DNA of 64,000 bases, taken from positions 62,001-126,000 of IMG/VR virus record IMGVR_UViG_3300042889_001503. One strand, given 5' to 3'. Each line of letters opens with the position of its first letter. Within the stretch, counting starts at the first letter, position 1. Made by a program: the position numbers and the translations under genes. The notes below the pieces were generated by a model that did no database searches, had not been told where the DNA came from, and saw nothing but the letters and a program-made list of their open reading frames with translations. Of this stretch, positions 57,506 through 64,000 are shown piece after piece.

Positions 57506-59920
57506 ATGATGTCATTAAAGATAAAAAAAAGAGGGGGTGACGAGGTGTCGTTTAACCCCCAAAAAATATACAGTCGAGTAAAAAGAGCTGCTAAAGGGTT
57601 AAACGTTAATGCTGATGAGGTATTCATTAAGGTGATTACTTCTGTTCCGACTGAAGGTGTGATTACCACAAAAGAGTTAGATAAATTGGTTTACGAGATT
57701 GCTGCGGCTTATACCGGTAGTCATCACGATTATTCAAGATTGGCTTCTTCGGTGGCTATTTCTGCGTATCATAAAGAAACTGACGAAAGTTTCTGTAATA
57801 CTATGAAACGTTTACACGAGGATGGAGTTATTAATGACATATTAATTGATACTATTAACGAATATGGTTGGGGGGATATTGATTCTGTAATAAATCACGA
57901 GAATGATTACAATTTTGATTATTTTGCGTGGAAATCATTACAGGAAATGTATTTGTTGAAGACTCCACAAGGTGTTGTTGTTGAAAGACCGCAACATATG
58001 TATATGAGAGTTGCTTTATGGGTTACTAAATCATTTGAAGAGGCGGTTGAATACTACAATTCGTTATCAAATCAACTTATCTCTCCGGCAACCCCAATTA
58101 TGATTAATGCGGGAACTAAAACACCTCAATTAGCGTCCTGTGTGTTGAAATACAATAACGGGGATTCAAGACAAGGTTTATTAGACACCTTTAATGATAT
58201 TTCAACGTATTCATCAGATGCTGCAGGTATTGGATTATGTATGTCTAACATTCGTAGTAAAGAGAGTCGTATTAACTCATCAGGTGGATTTGCCGGTGGT
58301 TTATTGAAATACCTAAAGATTGTTAACGAAGGACTGAGATTCTTTAATCAACAAGGTAGAAGACCGGGTAGCGCCGCCATCTACATAGAACCTTGGCATA
58401 AAGACATTATGGACTTACTTGAAATCAAAAAGAATACAGGTGCTGAGGAGTTGAGAGCAAAAGATTTGTTTACGTCAATTTGGTTACCGGACAACTTTAT
58501 GAACGCGGTTAAGAACAATGATGATTGGTACTTATTCTGCCCTAACGACATTGTTAAAGCGGGTATTAAACCATTACAAGAGGCTTACGGTGATGAGTAT
58601 GAATCAAACTACAACAAAGCGGTTGAACTTGGTTTAGGTAAGAAAGTGAAAGCTCAGACAATTTGGAATAAAATTATTGAATCTCAGGTTGAAACCGGAG
58701 TTCCTTACTTATGTTCTAAAGATAGTGCAAACAGAAAAACAAACCATCAAAACATTGGGGTGATTAAACAATCTAACCTATGTAATGAGATTTACCAATA
58801 TACTGATGAAAACACCACAGCAATCTGTACATTATCATCTATGGTATTGAAAAACTTTATTATTAAAGGTGAGTTTGATTTCAAGTTACTTTACAGTGAG
58901 GTTAGAAAGGTTGTTAGAGCACTTAACAAAGTTGTTGACATTAATAGTTACTCAACTGAACAAGGTAGAAAAGGTGGTTTAGAACAAAGAGCGATTGCGA
59001 TTGGAACTCAAGGTCTTGCTGACGTATTCTTCTTAATGGATTATATCTTCACGACTGAAGAGGCAAAACAATTAAACAAAGAAATTTTTGAAACAATCTA
59101 TTTTGCTGCAATCACCGAAAGTATGAACTTATGTAAAACAGGTGAATACAAACCATATAAATTCTTTAAAGGGTCACCAATGTCAAAAGGGATATTTCAA
59201 TTTGATATGTGGGGATTAGATTACGAAGGATTAGGTAGAATGTGGGATTGGGACTCACTTAAATTAGAGGTGTCCAACCACGGGGTTTGTAACTCATTAT
59301 TTACGGCTCAGATGCCGGTAGCATCTTCGGCTAAAATCACAGGTTCATTTGAAATGACAGAACCGGCTCACTCGGCATTATTTAATCGTCGTGTGGTTGG
59401 GGGAGAAATTTTAATTGTTAATAAATACTTAATTAACGATTTTGAAAAGTTAGGTGTTTGGTGTGAGGATTTAAAAAATGAAATCATAATGAATGAAGGT
59501 TCTGTTCAAAACATTAACTTTAATCATTATTTGGACACGGAAGATAAGAATTACAATAAAAAGGTAAAAAGAATTGAACATTTAATTCCTAAATATAGAA
59601 CAATTTGGGAAATATCTCAAAGAGAACTTATTGATATGGCGGCTGACAGAGCACCATTTATTGACCAATCACAGTCGATGAATATCTATATGTCTGAACC
59701 AACATTATCAAAGATTTCATCATCTCACTTCCATTCTTGGGGTAAAGGATTAAAAACTCTTTGTTACTATGTTAGAACAAAAGCAATATCAACCGGGGCA
59801 AAACATTTGGCAGTTGATATTACAAAAGTACAACAACCAAAGACTATTGAAAAACCAACGGTAGATTTAACACAAAAACCTACTGACACAGAATTTGAGT
59901 GTTTTGGGTGTGGTTCTTAA
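57506..59920 (+). CDS. nrdA: Class Ia ribonucleotide reductase alpha subunit with ATP cone
   Basis: IKKRGG ATP cone, ERPQHM.MRVA, SPATP, QSNLCNEI, MPVASSA, DQSQSMN, KTLCYYVR, C-terminal CFGCGS. Confidence 0.97.
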   Translation: MMSLKIKKRGGDEVSFNPQKIYSRVKRAAKGLNVNADEVFIKVITSVPTEGVITTKELDKLVYEIAAAYTGSHHDYSRLASSVAISAYHKETDESFCNTMKRLHEDGVINDILIDTINEYGWGDIDSVINHENDYNFDYFAWKSLQEMYLLKTPQGVVVERPQHMYMRVALWVTKSFEEAVEYYNSLSNQLISPATPIMINAGTKTPQLASCVLKYNNGDSRQGLLDTFNDISTYSSDAAGIGLCMSNIRSKESRINSSGGFAGGLLKYLKIVNEGLRFFNQQGRRPGSAAIYIEPWHKDIMDLLEIKKNTGAEELRAKDLFTSIWLPDNFMNAVKNNDDWYLFCPNDIVKAGIKPLQEAYGDEYESNYNKAVELGLGKKVKAQTIWNKIIESQVETGVPYLCSKDSANRKTNHQNIGVIKQSNLCNEIYQYTDENTTAICTLSSMVLKNFIIKGEFDFKLLYSEVRKVVRALNKVVDINSYSTEQGRKGGLEQRAIAIGTQGLADVFFLMDYIFTTEEAKQLNKEIFETIYFAAITESMNLCKTGEYKPYKFFKGSPMSKGIFQFDMWGLDYEGLGRMWDWDSLKLEVSNHGVCNSLFTAQMPVASSAKITGSFEMTEPAHSALFNRRVVGGEILIVNKYLINDFEKLGVWCEDLKNEIIMNEGSVQNINFNHYLDTEDKNYNKKVKRIEHLIPKYRTIWEISQRELIDMAADRAPFIDQSQSMNIYMSEPTLSKISSSHFHSWGKGLKTLCYYVRTKAISTGAKHLAVDITKVQQPKTIEKPTVDLTQKPTDTEFECFGCGS

Positions 59921-59944
59921 TTAAATTAAAATAATTATAACAAT

Positions 59945-59970
59945 AATCACGACTTCGGTCGTGATTTTTT
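59945..59970 (+). terminator. Rho-independent terminator
   Basis: aatcacgac-TTCG-gtcgtgatt followed by a T run. Confidence 0.92.
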
Positions 59971-60017
59971 ATTTTACTCTATTTATAAGAAATAATTACG
60001 ACACTATATTTATAGTT

Positions 60018-60476
60018 ATGGCAGATGGAACAACATATGGTTTAACTTTTCCTTTCAGAGAATCTTTTGATGGGAAATACTTAGATTTATCAGATTATAA
60101 TGACCAAGAGATTAGGTCTAACTTAATACACCTTTTATTAACAAGAAAAGGTAGTAGATATTATTTACCGGATTTTGGGACAAGATTATATGAGTTTATT
60201 TTTGAACCATTAGATGGTCCAACATTTTCAGAAATAGAATCTGAAATACGAGAATCCGCGGGAAACTATTTACCGGGGATAACAATAACTAACATTAGTG
60301 TCCAAGCCGCCTCAGAGGGTAGTGAAGATAAAGGTAGTTATATAAATGATAACGATGAGAGAATATTTCGGGTACCAAATATGTCGAATAAAGAACATAC
60401 AGCGAAAGTTAAGATTGATTACACCATCAACAATGATGTGTTTAATAGTAGTGACTTTGTAATTATTAATATATAA
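60018..60476 (+). CDS. Baseplate wedge/sheath initiator (gp25-like)
   Basis: IRSNLIHLLLTRKGSRYYLPDFGTRLYEFIFEP. ATG at 60018 preferred because the tracked start (59961) lies inside the terminator. Confidence 0.9.
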   Translation: MADGTTYGLTFPFRESFDGKYLDLSDYNDQEIRSNLIHLLLTRKGSRYYLPDFGTRLYEFIFEPLDGPTFSEIESEIRESAGNYLPGITITNISVQAASEGSEDKGSYINDNDERIFRVPNMSNKEHTAKVKIDYTINNDVFNSSDFVIINI

Positions 60477-60480
60477 AATT

Positions 60481-62319
60481 ATGGCAAACAAGAAAATTTC
60501 CTACACAACAAGGGATTTCCAATCAATCAGAACTGAGTTAATTAACTTCACTAAAACGTATTATCCGGACACGATTCAAAACTTCAATGACGCGTCTGTT
60601 TTTTCTGTATTATTAGATTTGAACGCTGCGGTAACGGATAACTTACAATTTAACATTGATAGAAGTATTCAAGAGACAGTTCTTCAATATGCTCAACAAA
60701 GGTCGTCAGTTTTTAATATAGCAAAAACTTATGGATTAAAAGTTCCGGGTATGAGACCATCGGTTGCTTTAGTTGATTTTTCAATTACAGTTCCTGCTTT
60801 TGGGGATAAAGAAGATTTACGATATTGTGGTATTCTAAGAAGAGGGTCACAAGTTAATGGTGCCGGACAAGTCTTTGAAACTGTATATGATATTGATTTC
60901 TCATCACCTATTAATGGTGAAGGTTTTCCAAATAGACTAAAAATACCTAATTTTGATTCAAATAATAAATTATTAAACTATACAATTACTAAACGAGAAA
61001 CTGTTGTTAATGGAACAACAAAAGTGTTTAAAAAAGTAATAACACCTAATGATGTTAGACCTTTTTATGAATTATTTTTACCGGACAAGAATGTATTGGG
61101 TATAACTAGTGTTTTGTTGAAAGATAGTACACAGTATACTAATATACCGTCAGTTCAGGAGTTCTTAGGGTTAGATAATAGATGGTATGAAGTGGATGCT
61201 TTGGCGGAAGATAGAGTATTTGTAGAAGACCCAACAAAAGTATCGGATTCTCCGGGGATTAAAGTGGGGAAATACATTCAAACAAGTACTAAGTTTATTA
61301 GTGAATTTACACCTGAAGGATTTTTAAAAATTACTTTTGGGGGTGGTTCACAATCTGCGGACGAACAGTTAAGAGAGTTTGCAAGAGATGGTTATCAATT
61401 AAATCTATATAAGTATTCCAACAACTTAGCGTTAGGTAGTACTTTAAAACCAAATACAACACTATTCATACAATATAGAGTTGGTGGTGGTGTAGGTAGT
61501 AATATTGGTGTAAATTCAATTACTCAAATAGGTACAGTATCATTCTTTGTGAACGGACCATCAGATAGTATTAACACAACTGTAGTAAATTCATTAAGAT
61601 GTACAAACGTAACCGCAGCGATTGGGGGAGCTAATTACCCAACAACTGAAGAAGTTAGAAATTTAGTTTCATATAATTTCTCATCACAAAAAAGAGCGGT
61701 AACCGTAAATGATTACGATTCAATAATCCGAACAATGCCTTCACAATTTGGAGCTCCGGCAAAAGTATCAATAACGGAAAACAATAATAAAATTATTGTC
61801 CAAATGTTGTCGTATGATGAAACAGGTAGACTAACAGAGGTAATTTCAAACACTTTAAAGAATAATGTTGCAAATTATTTATCAAACTATCGTATGATAA
61901 ATGATTATGTGTCAATACAAAGTGCTAACGTTATTGATTTAGGATTTAATATTGATGTTGTTTTAGATAATACACAAAACCAAGGAACAGTTATTTCTCA
62001 AATCATTACGATTGTTTCGGAATATTTTAATCCGGAAAATAGACAAATGGGTGAAAATGTTAATATTTCTGAATTAAGAAGATTAATACAAAGTGAAAAC
62101 GGGGTAATTTCATTATCCGATATTCAAGTCTTTAATAAAGTTGGTGGACAGTATTCATCATCTCAAACATCTCAACGATATATTGACAGTACAACTTATC
62201 AGATAGGGTTAATTGATGATACAATCTTTGCGGAACCAAACCAAACTTACCAAATAAAATATGCAAACAAAGATATAAACATTAGAGTTAAAAATTTAAA
62301 AACGGTTAATTTCTCTTGA
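60481..62319 (+). CDS. Baseplate wedge protein (T4 gp6/baseplate J-like)
   Basis: YTTRDFQSIRTEL, AQQRSSVFNIAKTYG, YRVGGGVGSN, SQKRAVTVNDY. Confidence 0.88.
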   Translation: MANKKISYTTRDFQSIRTELINFTKTYYPDTIQNFNDASVFSVLLDLNAAVTDNLQFNIDRSIQETVLQYAQQRSSVFNIAKTYGLKVPGMRPSVALVDFSITVPAFGDKEDLRYCGILRRGSQVNGAGQVFETVYDIDFSSPINGEGFPNRLKIPNFDSNNKLLNYTITKRETVVNGTTKVFKKVITPNDVRPFYELFLPDKNVLGITSVLLKDSTQYTNIPSVQEFLGLDNRWYEVDALAEDRVFVEDPTKVSDSPGIKVGKYIQTSTKFISEFTPEGFLKITFGGGSQSADEQLREFARDGYQLNLYKYSNNLALGSTLKPNTTLFIQYRVGGGVGSNIGVNSITQIGTVSFFVNGPSDSINTTVVNSLRCTNVTAAIGGANYPTTEEVRNLVSYNFSSQKRAVTVNDYDSIIRTMPSQFGAPAKVSITENNNKIIVQMLSYDETGRLTEVISNTLKNNVANYLSNYRMINDYVSIQSANVIDLGFNIDVVLDNTQNQGTVISQIITIVSEYFNPENRQMGENVNISELRRLIQSENGVISLSDIQVFNKVGGQYSSSQTSQRYIDSTTYQIGLIDDTIFAEPNQTYQIKYANKDINIRVKNLKTVNFS

Positions 62320-62350
62320 TAATTTAATCGGTATTCTCTATTTTTAATAA

Positions 62351-63277
62351 ATGGATTATATTACAGATATTTTAACTTTTATTAAAGGGTATAATGGGAC
62401 TTGGTCTCAATGTTTTGTTGCGGGATTATATCTTAACTTCAGATTGATTTGTTCTTTTATTATTTTTTTGATTTTTTTTAATCAAATTAGGGTAACTAAA
62501 AAAGTAACAAAATTTCAAATTTTTTTATTAATAATTGTTAGTTCTTTTATTACTTCAGATATTACCGATTTTAATGAAAGAAGAAAATTAGAAACAATCC
62601 AACACCCCCAAGATTATTTTAATAAAAATACCAAAAATTTAGTTATAGTTGTTGAAGGTTCGTTAGGACCATTCAAGGATGTGTCAGGGGCTAATGAGGT
62701 TCAAATTGACATTTCTAAGTCGAGGGACTTAGATGGTTTGGGTTTGGTTGAAAGTAAGGTCGAAACTAAAGAGACAAGTGTAATTACATATATTGGAACA
62801 AACAACTATAATTTAACGTCCGAAGAGGTTTTTAAAACAGTAAAGTATTTTAGGCTATTTAACCCAACAGGTAAGGTTGTTCTTATTGGACATAGTATTG
62901 GTGGGTATAATGTTGCTCAGGTGTTGGATAATTTAAATAAAGAAAAAATTGGTGTTGATTTAGTTGTTTTCTTAGATAGTGCTAACCAATTGTATAATAA
63001 CTATGATTATCAAATTAAAGATAATGTTGGTTATGTGATAAACTTTATGTCTGTTAAATGGTCGGACAATATGATTTTCTTCACCAATTCAGGGGGACGA
63101 GTGTCCTTATTTAAGGATAATCGAATAACTAAAGTCCTTAATGTTGATATTCCTAATACAACTCACACATCTATTGATAACACTGTTCACAAATATGTTA
63201 TTAGTATTGTTAATAATTTTTTAGAAAAAAAATCAAACCCTATTGATTTTGTTAAACAATATAAGTTTAAACCATAA
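62351..63277 (+). CDS. Membrane-anchored alpha/beta-hydrolase
   Basis: Two hydrophobic N-terminal segments, VVLIGHSIGG nucleophile elbow, VFLDSA, late THTSID histidine. Confidence 0.75.
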   Translation: MDYITDILTFIKGYNGTWSQCFVAGLYLNFRLICSFIIFLIFFNQIRVTKKVTKFQIFLLIIVSSFITSDITDFNERRKLETIQHPQDYFNKNTKNLVIVVEGSLGPFKDVSGANEVQIDISKSRDLDGLGLVESKVETKETSVITYIGTNNYNLTSEEVFKTVKYFRLFNPTGKVVLIGHSIGGYNVAQVLDNLNKEKIGVDLVVFLDSANQLYNNYDYQIKDNVGYVINFMSVKWSDNMIFFTNSGGRVSLFKDNRITKVLNVDIPNTTHTSIDNTVHKYVISIVNNFLEKKSNPIDFVKQYKFKP

Positions 63278-63345
63278 TTTATTTTCAAAAAAAATGTTTT
63301 ATCTTTTAAAAATGGTATATAAACTATTTATTAAAAAAGATAAAA

Positions 63346-64000
63346 ATGTCAAAATCTTATAGAATAAGAACAAAGGTCGGTGTTGACACTTCAGTTAAAG
63401 TATTAATTGACCAAGAGTTCGAACATTTAGAAATATTATCCTTAAAAATATTACAAACAGACATCTATACTAGACAATGTGCTGATTATGGTGTTATTGT
63501 TGGACGTGTTAGTGTTAATAATGGATTTGGTGTTCCAAATGCCAAAGTATCTATCTTCATACCTTTAGATAGTAAAGACCAAGCTGACCCAATTATTTCT
63601 GAGTTATATCCGTATAAATCATTGTTAGATAATAATGATGATGGTTATAGATATAATTTACTACCCTATAAACCATCATATAGTGCTCACGTTCCTACCG
63701 GGACATTTTTCACTAGAACGGATGTTTTAACTAACCCAACTTTAATTGAAGTTTACGACAAGTATTATAAATATAATGCGGTTACAAACGATAGTGGTGA
63801 TTATATGATTTTTGGGGTTCCTGTTGGTGCTCATCTAATTGTTTTAGATGTTGATTTGTCTGACATTGGAGAATTTTCATTATCACCTCAAGATTTGATT
63901 AGAATGGGTCTTGCAACAGAAGCTCAAGTATCCGGAACAAATTTTAAATCATCAAATAATTTAAGAGAATTACCACAAATTGTATCGGTAAATAGAAGTA
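63346..64000 (+). CDS. 3'-truncated probable structural protein with a carboxypeptidase-regulatory-like (transthyretin-type) fold
   Basis: Manual translation MSKSYRIRTKVG...GVIVGRVSVNNGFGVPNAKVSIF...TNDSGDYMIFGVPVG, open to the window end. TATTTAT at 63325. Confidence 0.65.
   Translation, partial: MSKSYRIRTKVGVDTSVKVLIDQEFEHLEILSLKILQTDIYTRQCADYGVIVGRVSVNNGFGVPNAKVSIFIPLDSKDQADPIISELYPYKSLLDNNDDGYRYNLLPYKPSYSAHVPTGTFFTRTDVLTNPTLIEVYDKYYKYNAVTNDSGDYMIFGVPVGAHLIVLDVDLSDIGEFSLSPQDLIRMGLATEAQVSGTNFKSSNNLRELPQIVSVNRS

Noticed and set aside
59961-60017. N-terminal extension of the gp25-like ORF
   Set aside because: The GTG lies inside the terminator hairpin. ATG 60018, downstream of TATTTAT, is the likelier start
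1-64000. Stop-codon reassignment as seen in some large phages
   Set aside because: Conserved genes (polB, nrdA, nrdB, sheath, dnaB) are full length in the standard code and coding density is already high
1-64000. Eukaryotic giant virus or cellular origin, suggested by GT60, LCIB, SNF2 and eukaryote-like RNR
   Set aside because: Contractile tail, baseplate and neck genes, bacterial-type terminators and coupled operons indicate a bacteriophage

Overview
AT-rich, densely coded 64-kb segment of a large T4-like (myovirus, probably jumbo) bacteriophage read in the standard genetic code. All product calls come from motif recognition by eye; no database search was run. (i) 1-13.4 kb: five putative virion-appendage genes built from Cys-rich modules, Pro/Thr (mucin-like) linkers, PKD+BspA (DUF285) repeat cassettes and lectin-like domains. 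(ii) 13.5-18.5 kb: an operon of five glycosyltransferase-like genes headed by a GT60-type polypeptide GlcNAc-transferase. (iii) An LCIB-family beta-carbonic anhydrase whose N-terminus is homologous to that of a putative virion protein. (iv) Family B DNA polymerase, then a minus-strand block (neck protein, PD-(D/E)XK-like nuclease, SNF2 helicase). (v) Head-closure, tail terminator, sheath, tube, chaperone with a probable +1 frameshift, tape measure and baseplate genes. (vi) SSB-RecA-5' exonuclease-DnaB-nrdB-nrdA. (vii) gp25/gp6-like baseplate wedge genes. Best candidates for an undescribed system: phage-encoded mucin-type O-glycosylation of its own Pro/Thr-rich virion proteins, and a carbonic anhydrase apparently displayed on the particle. 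A TATTTAT motif precedes most transcription units. A-rich starts without Shine-Dalgarno sequences tentatively suggest a Bacteroidota host. No rRNA, tRNA, CRISPR array, integrase or transposase was recognised.
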